A stretch of DNA of 63,015 bases, the filler included, from an uncultured Methanosarcinales archaeon (lineage in GTDB: Archaea > Nanobdellota > Nanobdellia > Woesearchaeales > JACPBV01), in assembly GCA_964492935.1 (NCBI GenBank). It is 3 parts of 2 records of this genome, joined end to end, with 100 filler letters (N's around TTAATTAATTAA, not from the genome) between each part and the next. Parts side by side here need not be neighbours in the genome. Positions count along the whole stretch, not along the records: positions 53,114 to 63,015 come from CAZBLF010000036.1; 2 more parts are not named here. One strand, given 5' to 3'. The notes under the pieces were generated by a model. The model did no database searches. It was not told the DNA's origin and worked only from the letters and a program-made list of their open reading frames with translations. Positions 55,276 through 63,015 of this stretch are shown one piece after another (positions within the stretch are counted from its first letter, which is position 1; each line of letters starts with the position of its first letter). The position numbers and the translations under genes were made by a program.

Positions 55276-55677
55276 ATGTCATTAACACTACAATTCGTGC
55301 CGTACTCAGAGATTGAGAATCTGGGGCCTGCTCGTCGCGTTAACAAGCTCATAGCTATTGTAAAACAGGAAAAGATTGTTTTATTAGAGGGCAGATTAAA
55401 GAAGGAAGAGGAAGCCGATCTCATCGCCATTACGATGGAGGAGATTGGAGATAAGTTTAAAGGAATTGAGCTTGCGGTGATTAACCCTCCCAAGAACGAG
55501 GGCTTTTTTGCAGGAGTCAAAAGCGGAATGCTTAGTGCGTTGTTAGGCGACAGACAGGGATTTACGGTTGTAGGTCCAGCATCTGTGGTTAAGCAAATTA
55601 AACAGGATCCGAACAAGATCGAATTGTTTACGCAGGATAGCAAGAAAGCTGCTAAGAAAAAACGTAAGAAGAAGTGA
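55276..55677 (+). CDS. oapB: DUF2073 family protein (OapB/ArvB)
   Basis: IVLLEGRL...EEADLI...TM...FKGIE...TVVGPA; GAGGTG RBS. Confidence 0.8.
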   Translation: MSLTLQFVPYSEIENLGPARRVNKLIAIVKQEKIVLLEGRLKKEEEADLIAITMEEIGDKFKGIELAVINPPKNEGFFAGVKSGMLSALLGDRQGFTVVGPASVVKQIKQDPNKIELFTQDSKKAAKKKRKKK

Positions 55678-55681
55678 ACCT

Positions 55682-56065
55682 ATGCCACACCAATGCGTCC
55701 GATGTAATACCTTTTTTGAAGATGGTGCTGCAGAAATATTAAAGGGCTGTACTTGCGGTGGCAGATTATTCTTTTATGTTAAGAAAGAAAAGTTAGAGGA
55801 AGCTGAGAAGTTTGCTAATTCTGTTAATCTTTCTTCAAAAGACAAGGTACAGATTGAGAAGGATGTCTTTGATCTGGTTGGAAGTGAGATAGATGAAGAT
55901 AAGCCTGTTGTTTTAGATTTAGAGGCTATTCGTATTCTAGGGCCAGGTAAATATGAACTGGATGTTGTTCATTTGTTCAAGGGCGAGCCGTTGGTGTTTA
56001 AGTTAGAGGAAGGCAAATACATGATCGATATTGCCCAGAGTTTTAAGAAACATTTGAAGAAGTAA
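55682..56065 (+). CDS. oapC: Zn-ribbon protein (OapC/ArvC, DUF2072)
   Basis: MPHQCVRC...ILKGCTCG...IRILGPGKYELD. Confidence 0.82.
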   Translation: MPHQCVRCNTFFEDGAAEILKGCTCGGRLFFYVKKEKLEEAEKFANSVNLSSKDKVQIEKDVFDLVGSEIDEDKPVVLDLEAIRILGPGKYELDVVHLFKGEPLVFKLEEGKYMIDIAQSFKKHLKK

Positions 56066-57265
56066 TTACTTATCCGCAACAATTTCTAGAATATCACCAT
56101 GTTTTAATTTATGGTCTTTTCCTACGGTCATTTTGGTTTTGACGTCGATTGCTCGGATGAACTTGTCTCCGAAATCGGTGTGTAATCGGTAGGCGAATTG
56201 TAATGCTGTTGTGTCTTTCGACATCAAAAAACAGTCTGGGATGACGTTGCCGTTTTGATCTTCTAGCTTGCTTGCTCCGCCTGGATACAATGCGATTTGG
56301 TCTAGGAGGTTGAAAACTGCGGAATCTAGGACGTCTTGTACTCCTGTTGATTTGAACTCTTTGAGAATATTGTCTTTAATGAACTGGAGTGCTGTTTTTT
56401 GGGTGTCGCTGAGCTTGTCTTCTTGTTTTAGTTCGAACGTATCTGAGCCAGGTAGATAATCAATTAATTCGTGCTTGGTGGCTTCTTTTAACGCTAATTC
56501 GGACTCTGCGGAGGTTGCGATTAAGGTGTAATCGGGAAATTGCTCTTTGAGTGCTTCGAATTTTTCTTTTGCTCCAGGAACATCTACTTTATTACATGCG
56601 ATAATCATGGGCTTGGTGATGCGTCTTAGGGTTGATGCAACTTTCATGAGATCTTCTTCTGTCCATTCGGTGATGTTCTTTTTTATTAATTGTAGATCTT
56701 CAATTACTTTTAGGGCTAGGTCTTCATTTACTCTCAGTCCCGTCATGTGCTCTGCGATTGCTTTATGGGTTTCCTTTTTTGTTTGTTGAGATTGTCTTGC
56801 TAGGGTATCCCATCCTTTATTCAAGAGTCTTAAGAACCAATGGTCTAATTCTTCTTCTAGGAATATGATGTCATTTGCGGGATCGTAACTTCCTGGTTCG
56901 CATTGTTCTCCTTTTTCATTTACTGAACCTGATACATCGATGACGTGGATTAATGCGTCTGCTTGGTTTAAATCGTCTAGAAATTGATTTCCTCGGCCTA
57001 GGCCTTTGTGGGCGCCGGGTACTAGACCTGCTACATCCAATAATTCTACGGGAACAAATCTTGTATCGCCATGTATATATCCCTCGCGAGGATTGCTTGT
57101 TTTTCCAAATTGTTTTGCGGGGTCTTCTACTCGTACATATCCTATTGCGTGGTTTGGTTTTATTGTTGTAAATGGGTAGTTTGCGATTTCTGCTTCTGCT
57201 AGCGTAGCTGCTTTGAAGAAGGTGCTTTTTCCGCAAGAGGGCTTACCCACTATTCCTACAATCAT
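56066..57265 (-). CDS. ychF: Obg-family YchF-like NTPase with TGS domain
   Basis: GKPSCGKST, NYPFTTI, DVAGLVPGAH, NKVD, C-terminal TGS. Confidence 0.9.
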   Translation of the reverse strand: MIVGIVGKPSCGKSTFFKAATLAEAEIANYPFTTIKPNHAIGYVRVEDPAKQFGKTSNPREGYIHGDTRFVPVELLDVAGLVPGAHKGLGRGNQFLDDLNQADALIHVIDVSGSVNEKGEQCEPGSYDPANDIIFLEEELDHWFLRLLNKGWDTLARQSQQTKKETHKAIAEHMTGLRVNEDLALKVIEDLQLIKKNITEWTEEDLMKVASTLRRITKPMIIACNKVDVPGAKEKFEALKEQFPDYTLIATSAESELALKEATKHELIDYLPGSDTFELKQEDKLSDTQKTALQFIKDNILKEFKSTGVQDVLDSAVFNLLDQIALYPGGASKLEDQNGNVIPDCFLMSKDTTALQFAYRLHTDFGDKFIRAIDVKTKMTVGKDHKLKHGDILEIVADK

Positions 57266-58413
57266 TTTAATCCGTAAATTATGTTCCCTTCGCCTTTTAC
57301 TCCTACCTTGCGAATGTTTTCCTCTTTTTCTAACTTTCGGATATGATATCTCACTCCTTGCCTGGTCATCAGTATTTTCTCTGCAATCTCGTTGATTGTA
57401 AGATATTCCTCCGATAGTAATTTTAAGATGATTATTCGGTTTCCGGGTACTCTCTGAATCTTCCTACTCTTGATTTTGAAGTAGTTCTCTAGCAGTTTCT
57501 CCTTGTATCCTAGGAAAACAACTGGAAATTTTCTCTTGAGCTTTTTGTAATCATTCCAGAACTTAGCCAATCCATCCTTATTGATGTAAACATATCCATA
57601 CTCTCCATTCAGTGATACTGTATTCTTAAATCCTAATTTATCACATAATCTGCCCAAATCTTCAATCAGCAACCTGTTCTTTAATCTAATAACTATGTTT
57701 GTTGAATCTACGTGTCCGTCATCGATTATCATTCCGATTAGAAAAGCAAGACCATGTTCATTTGAATTGTTGAATACTTGCTCGGGAATTCTTGCGGTTT
57801 TCGATAGAAAGCTCCGAATGTTGAGACCGTATGCTTTAAACATTAGCTCTGAGCAAGCTACTGGAGAATAAATTCTAGTCGTTGATTCATTCTCAGTGTA
57901 ATTATTATTGTAATTAATTTTCCCAAATACGGACTCTATCTTTCTGATGTAGAGTTGCTGGTATGTTTTGTCAAACTGCCGATATCCAAAATAAGGTCTT
58001 CTTCCTTTCTCTGGATTAATAACTGTACCATCGCCTATGTGGTGGGCTAGGAGCATGTCAAATATAGGTGTTATCTTAATGGGTAAAATCGGGGAAGTGA
58101 TTTCATTCTGGCCTCCTCTCGTTTTGTAGCCCATAATGTTATCTTGTAAGTGAGTTCTGGGGATTTTAAGTCTGCTGCAGATTTCAAGCAACAGCTCCAA
58201 ATTAATAGTGTACCTATATCCTTTCTTCATCTTATCCTTGAAAGTTGGGAAAGGCATCGTGTAACTTAGCTTCTTGTGAAATCTTCGTTTGGATCCACAC
58301 GTTGATTTTATCTTCTGGTTTAGATACTCAAGGAACCTTGGAGCTAGCCTCACATTTGTCCGTTCACCGAGATTCCAAACACCTATTTTGTTGTAGTCCA
58401 TCATAATCACCAA
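57262..58413 (-). CDS. Free-standing LAGLIDADG-like protein with C-terminal winged HTH
   Basis: LLAHHIGDG and FLIGMIIDDG motifs; LTINEIAEKILMTRQGVRYHIRKLEKE. Confidence 0.75.
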   Translation of the reverse strand: MVIMMDYNKIGVWNLGERTNVRLAPRFLEYLNQKIKSTCGSKRRFHKKLSYTMPFPTFKDKMKKGYRYTINLELLLEICSRLKIPRTHLQDNIMGYKTRGGQNEITSPILPIKITPIFDMLLAHHIGDGTVINPEKGRRPYFGYRQFDKTYQQLYIRKIESVFGKINYNNNYTENESTTRIYSPVACSELMFKAYGLNIRSFLSKTARIPEQVFNNSNEHGLAFLIGMIIDDGHVDSTNIVIRLKNRLLIEDLGRLCDKLGFKNTVSLNGEYGYVYINKDGLAKFWNDYKKLKRKFPVVFLGYKEKLLENYFKIKSRKIQRVPGNRIIILKLLSEEYLTINEIAEKILMTRQGVRYHIRKLEKEENIRKVGVKGEGNIIYGLK

Positions 58414-58611
58414 GGAGTGTTGGATTATGGTGGACTATGCCATTTAAATAGGCTGTGGCCGCACCTGGCAAGTGGCAAGTGGAACCTTTTTTCCTATAGA
58501 ACGGCTAAGAAGTATAAATTTGGCCCTCACAGACTGGACACTTGAATGTTAACACTTCCAAGATTCTCAAATAGAGCAAGTTTTAAATAGCGTTTGCCTG
58601 TTCTTAGAGGT

Positions 58612-61116
58612 ATGAAATTGCCTAAGCACTATGATAGCAAGGAATCTGAACCTAAGTGGCAGCAGTACTGGATTAAGGAGAAGATTTTTGCATTTGATCC
58701 TGATAGCAGTAAGAAGATTTTCTCTATTGACACGCCTCCGCCCACTGTTTCGGGAAAGATGCACATTGGGCATGCGTTTATGTATTCTCAAATGGATTTC
58801 ATTGCCCGCTTTAAGCGGATGCAGGGATTTAATTTGTTCTATCCTTTTGGTACCGATGATAATGGCCTTGCTACTGAGCGCTTGATTGAGAAAATGAAGG
58901 GTGTTAAGGGGAGTAGGATGGATAGAAGTGAATTTGCTAAGCTTTGTATTGATACACTCGATAAGGAATTACGACCCGAATATCTTGCGGATTGGAAAAG
59001 AATAGGAATAAGTTGTGATTGGAACATTTTTTACACCACGATTGATGAGCACTCTCAGAAAATATCTCAAAGAATGTTTTTGGATTTGGTTAAGAAAAAA
59101 CGCGTTGAGCGGAAATTTTCTCCGATTACTTTCTGTCCTCAATGTCAGACTGCGATTGCGCAGGTGGAGATGGAGGACGTTGAGAAGAAGACGGAATTGG
59201 TGTATGTTAAAGGTAAAGTAGAATCAGGCGAATTTATTATTTATGCGACGACTAGACCGGAACTGCATCCTTCGTGTGTAGGAGTTTCGATTGATGCTGA
59301 AGGTGATTACGTTACAGTTGAATTGAAGGATAAGGAAAGATGGATTATTAGTGAGGATGCGGTTGAAACGATGAAAGAGGAGTTTGGTTTCAAGGTATTG
59401 GAGACGTACAAGGGTAAAAAAATCGTTGGGAAGAAGGTTGATATCGCTTTTGCGGAGAAGCCTGTTGCTATTTCACATGATGAGTCTGCGAAAACGGAAT
59501 ATGGTACGGGTGTTGTGTATTACTGTACGTATGGTGGATTGGATTGTGTAGAATGGATGGCTCGCCATACGGATGTTGAGGCTATTAATATCATGGACTT
59601 TACAGGAACCTATTCCCTTGGTCCGTATAAGGGTATGAAGTCTGAAGAGGCTCGCAAGGAAGTTATTATTGATTTAGAGCAGCAGAATTTGTTGATCAAA
59701 AAGGAATCGATGGGGCATACTGCTAATGTACACGAACGGTGTGGGACGCCGATTGAATACGTTGCAACGGAGCAATGGTTTATTCGCTATCTAGATTTGA
59801 AAAAGGACTTTTTGAAGCGTGGAAATGAATTGAAGTGGTATCCTGCGCATATGAAGAATCGTTTTGATAACTGGGTTAAAGGATTGCAATGGGATTGGTG
59901 CATTTCGCGTCAACGTTTCTCAGGTGTTCCGTTCCCGGTGTGGTATGATAAGGAAGGGAATCCGGTGTATGCTGATGAAAAGGATTTGCCGGTTGATCCG
60001 TTGAAGGACCTGCCTAAAGGATATAAGAAAGGTGAGGTAACACCAGAAAAGGATGTTATGGATACGTGGGCGACTTCGTCTTTAACGCCGCAGCTGGCTG
60101 CCGAGTTGTTTAAGGATAAACCTGTTTATAAGAAATTGCTGCCCATGGACTTGCGGCCGCAGGCGCATGATATCATTACGTTTTGGTTATTTAATACGGT
60201 TGTTCGAAGTCATTTGCATGATGATAGACTGCCGTGGAAGGATGTTATGATTTCGGGTTGGGCTTTGGATCCACGTGGTAAAAAAATGTCGAAGTCTAAG
60301 GGTAATGTGGTGGAGCCGCAGAAGGTTATTGAACAGTACTCTGCTGACAGTTTGCGATTTTGGAGTGCTGCATCTAAATTAGGTGACGATTTAGCGTATC
60401 AGGAAAAGGATTTGGTTACGGGCGAGAAATTTATTACTAAATTATGGAATGCTTCGAAATTTGCTCTTATGCATCTTGAGGATTACAAAGGAAAGAAGCC
60501 TAAGAATCTTGAATCGGTGGATGCTTGGATTTTGTCTAAGATGAGTTCGATCATTAAGAGTGCAACTGCGTCTTTTGAAAAGTATGAGTATAGTAAGGCG
60601 CGTGCAGAATTGGATGTGTTCTTTTGGCATGACTTTTGTGATCAGTATTTAGAGATGGTTAAGGATCGATTGTATAATCCTGATGTTCGGGGTAAGGCGG
60701 AGCGAGAAAGTGCTCAATATGCGTTGTATGAGACCTTACTTGCGGTGTTAAAAGTGATGGCGCCGATTATGCCGCACATTACTGAGGAAATTTATCACTT
60801 ATTTTTTGCTTCTCGAGAAAAGTGTAAGAGTATTCATATTTCGAGTTGGCCTACCTTAGATATGGTTGATGCTAAATCAGATGCATTGGGAGCGTTGGCA
60901 GTGTTTGCAGTTACGCAGGCTCGTAAAGCTAAGACGGAGAAGAACTTGTCGTTGAAAGAACCTATTGTTTCTTTGGCGTTGAAGGGTACGGTTTCTAAGA
61001 AAGACTTTGAGACGATTAGGGATGATATTGTTGCTGCGACGAAGGCTGAAGAGGTTGTGTACGAGCAATTAGATTCTAAATCGGAAATAGATTTCGAAGC
61101 TGATGTTAGGATCTAG
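58612..61116 (+). CDS. valS: Valyl-tRNA synthetase, archaeal type
   Basis: DTPPPTVSG, HIGH, DWCISRQR, PQAHDII, KMSKS; GAGGT RBS before ATG 58612. Confidence 0.96.
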   Translation: MKLPKHYDSKESEPKWQQYWIKEKIFAFDPDSSKKIFSIDTPPPTVSGKMHIGHAFMYSQMDFIARFKRMQGFNLFYPFGTDDNGLATERLIEKMKGVKGSRMDRSEFAKLCIDTLDKELRPEYLADWKRIGISCDWNIFYTTIDEHSQKISQRMFLDLVKKKRVERKFSPITFCPQCQTAIAQVEMEDVEKKTELVYVKGKVESGEFIIYATTRPELHPSCVGVSIDAEGDYVTVELKDKERWIISEDAVETMKEEFGFKVLETYKGKKIVGKKVDIAFAEKPVAISHDESAKTEYGTGVVYYCTYGGLDCVEWMARHTDVEAINIMDFTGTYSLGPYKGMKSEEARKEVIIDLEQQNLLIKKESMGHTANVHERCGTPIEYVATEQWFIRYLDLKKDFLKRGNELKWYPAHMKNRFDNWVKGLQWDWCISRQRFSGVPFPVWYDKEGNPVYADEKDLPVDPLKDLPKGYKKGEVTPEKDVMDTWATSSLTPQLAAELFKDKPVYKKLLPMDLRPQAHDIITFWLFNTVVRSHLHDDRLPWKDVMISGWALDPRGKKMSKSKGNVVEPQKVIEQYSADSLRFWSAASKLGDDLAYQEKDLVTGEKFITKLWNASKFALMHLEDYKGKKPKNLESVDAWILSKMSSIIKSATASFEKYEYSKARAELDVFFWHDFCDQYLEMVKDRLYNPDVRGKAERESAQYALYETLLAVLKVMAPIMPHITEEIYHLFFASREKCKSIHISSWPTLDMVDAKSDALGALAVFAVTQARKAKTEKNLSLKEPIVSLALKGTVSKKDFETIRDDIVAATKAEEVVYEQLDSKSEIDFEADVRI

Positions 61117-61379
61117 GTTCCTTCGTAGAGTGCTAGTACTCTAGGGTCGTCTTTTTCTGAGTCATACAGTGCCGTGAGCGAGAGTATTCTCCAGTTTTGC
61201 TTTTCCCGTGTCTGTTCTATAGTAGAGGTTAGCATCGCCTCCAGATTATCTCCCACAAGAGAACAGATAGCATCGTGTGCTTGCCGAGTGGTGGTTTCTG
61301 GTTGATCTTCATCAGGATAGAAATATCTTAACACTACTCTTGTGGGAGTGATATCCTCTGGCGTTGCTTTAGTATCCAT
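61113..61379 (-). CDS. Hypothetical protein
   Basis: 88-aa ORF filling the space between valS and tatD. Confidence 0.5.
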   Translation of the reverse strand: MDTKATPEDITPTRVVLRYFYPDEDQPETTTRQAHDAICSLVGDNLEAMLTSTIEQTREKQNWRILSLTALYDSEKDDPRVLALYEGT

Positions 61380-61430
61380 GGGCCTGAGGAGTTATTCTTT
61401 TATTATAAGCGTTCGTTTTCTTAGGAACGG

Positions 61431-62165
61431 TTAGAACACTTTCTGCCAATTCATGAAGATGTTCTTTTTTACTTCTTCTAACGTCATCTTCTTTTGTTTG
61501 GCGATTTCTTTATAGGATTCTACAACAAAGGCTGGTTCGTTTCTTTTGTCTTTGAATGGGGATAGCCAGGGAGCGTCGGTTTCTGCAAATAGTTGGGTAA
61601 TAGGCACATTTCTTACTAGGGATTGGAAATTCTCTGCACGCACTACATTGGTTGGAACTGAGAAATAATATCCTAGCTTTCTTGCTCGCTCGATGAGGTT
61701 TTTCTTTCCGCAAAAGCAATGTAAGAGTACTTTTTTTATTTTAGAGGCTTGGAGCATTTCTATGCAGACGGATTCTGCTTTTCGTGAGTGGATTATTATG
61801 GGTAGATTGAGTTCTTTTGCTAGATCTATCATCTGTTGGAAGCACTTTTTCTGTTCTTCGAAATTCGTTTTATCGATTCCATCTAGGCCGACTTCGCCGA
61901 TTGCTACTATGTGCTCTTTGTGTTTCTTGATGAATTCTATTTCTTTTTCAATATCTAACTCGTGGGCGTGCTCGGGATAGATTCCTAGGGCTGCTTTGAC
62001 GATATCGTATTTCTTTGCTAGTTTGAGGGTTGCTTTATTGGAATCTGAATTCGTTCCGTTTGTTAGAATTACTTTGAGTTCTTTCTCTTCTGCATTCTTG
62101 ATTACTTCAGGGAGGTCTTTTTCGAAGTGTTCTACGTCGAGATGGCAGTGGATGTCTATTAACAT
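61431..62165 (-). CDS. tatD: TatD family nuclease
   Basis: DIHCHL, AIGEVGLD, IHSR, LHCF, ETDAPW, RNEP. Confidence 0.93.
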   Translation of the reverse strand: MLIDIHCHLDVEHFEKDLPEVIKNAEEKELKVILTNGTNSDSNKATLKLAKKYDIVKAALGIYPEHAHELDIEKEIEFIKKHKEHIVAIGEVGLDGIDKTNFEEQKKCFQQMIDLAKELNLPIIIHSRKAESVCIEMLQASKIKKVLLHCFCGKKNLIERARKLGYYFSVPTNVVRAENFQSLVRNVPITQLFAETDAPWLSPFKDKRNEPAFVVESYKEIAKQKKMTLEEVKKNIFMNWQKVF

Positions 62166-62166
62166 T

Positions 62167-63015
62167 TTATTGGATTACCTCGAGCAGATCTCGTGCTCGG
62201 ATGTTCAAATCTCCTCCTTTGAGTATTTGTTCTATAGGTTCTTTAAGTGCTTTTGGTAATAACGCACTTCTTTCGTCTGGATAAAAATTTCCTATGAGCA
62301 TGGAGGCATGCCAGTTTCGAGCGTACTCTATTTCACGCCTCTCCAAATACTGATAGATAAGAGAGTTTCCATTGTACAGAAAATCGATCATTTGTGCTAT
62401 TCCCTGCATTTCGTCATTCGGCGTAGGTGGTTTCTTATGACATTGAGAAAGTGATAAATATTGGGGCGTTGAAAAAATTGCATCCTCTTCGCCGAGGTTA
62501 GCAATATACTCAGCTTCCTCATCCACGGTAGAAACTCGATCTGGATCAATGGGCCTTGCGTCGTCTCCTACAAAGACGAAGTTGTGCCAGTTGAGATCAT
62601 TTAGTAGCCAGTTCATCCCATGCACTTTTGTAGCTACTTCGAGTAATCCTTTTGCAGCGGCATTCTGGCTTTCATCCGTAGCTGTTCCAAACGCTTTTCC
62701 GAGTACCGAATCGTAGACTGATTTTCCTGGAAGATACTCCATCAGATAGAACTGATGTTCATGGTTAATCGAATGGACTTGAGGATATCCTATTTCTTCT
62801 AGGCCTGAGCGCTTCTCGTCTATGCTTCTTAATGTGTTTTTGAGATGAGGTCCAACTATTTGCTTTAGGACGTATTTCTTCCCTCTAATATCGAGTAGAT
62901 AAACTCGTGTCTGATAGTTAGCTGGATCCTCTCTATCATTCTTAGGAATCTCCTCTATGTTTTCTGCATCTCCATCCGAGAAAAAATCTTCACTAAGGCC
63001 AGCTATTTCTATGGC
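62167..63015 (-). CDS. Protein-kinase-like protein, 5' end beyond window
   Basis: Frame hand-checked open to 63015; YVLKQ, FYLMEYLPG, LNDLNWHNF, IDPD, TPQY. Confidence 0.7.
   Translation of the reverse strand, partial: AIEIAGLSEDFFSDGDAENIEEIPKNDREDPANYQTRVYLLDIRGKKYVLKQIVGPHLKNTLRSIDEKRSGLEEIGYPQVHSINHEHQFYLMEYLPGKSVYDSVLGKAFGTATDESQNAAAKGLLEVATKVHGMNWLLNDLNWHNFVFVGDDARPIDPDRVSTVDEEAEYIANLGEEDAIFSTPQYLSLSQCHKKPPTPNDEMQGIAQMIDFLYNGNSLIYQYLERREIEYARNWHASMLIGNFYPDERSALLPKALKEPIEQILKGGDLNIRARDLLEVIQ

Noticed and set aside
57262..58413. Intein or intron-encoded endonuclease
   Set aside because: No host gene is interrupted, there are no Cys/Ser start or His-Asn end residues, and ychF and valS are intact.

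Overview
Archaeal DNA, most likely from a DPANN lineage (Woesearchaeota-like). This is inferred from TTTATATA promoters, an intron-containing tRNA-His with a bulge-helix-bulge motif, type II GAPDH, archaeal ValRS/IleRS, SepF and the oapABC cluster. It is a draft scaffold: two artificial N/TTAATTAATTAA/N linkers (28301-28400, 53014-53113) and a 100-N gap (54335-54434) mean neighbourhoods across them are not trustworthy. Segment 1 (1-28300) holds two giant secreted Ig-like surface proteins, a Kef antiporter, a TIM-barrel protein, an MNT-HEPN protein and the most striking locus, an apparently split RHS polymorphic-toxin system. There, a signal-peptide + RHS-core + toxin gene and a candidate immunity gene lie upstream of a separately secreted SpvB/FG-GAP/YD shell protein, which ends where the toxin gene's RHS sequence begins. 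A 134-bp MITE-like element with an 8-bp target duplication sits just upstream of its TATA box. Segment 2 (28401-53013) holds ileS, sepF, tRNA-His, a cysteine-free family-4 UDG, pfkA and a GAPDH with an RNR-like Cys tail, sod, tag, a Bacillus-order pabB-pabA-pabC-folP-folB-folK operon, slyD, gene remnants including a gatB chimera, a rhomboid protease and a small multicopper oxidase. Segment 3 holds an 89-bp palindromic tandem array before oapABC, ychF, a LAGLIDADG-wHTH gene, valS, tatD and a partial kinase. All functional calls come from motif recognition by eye; no database searches were run.
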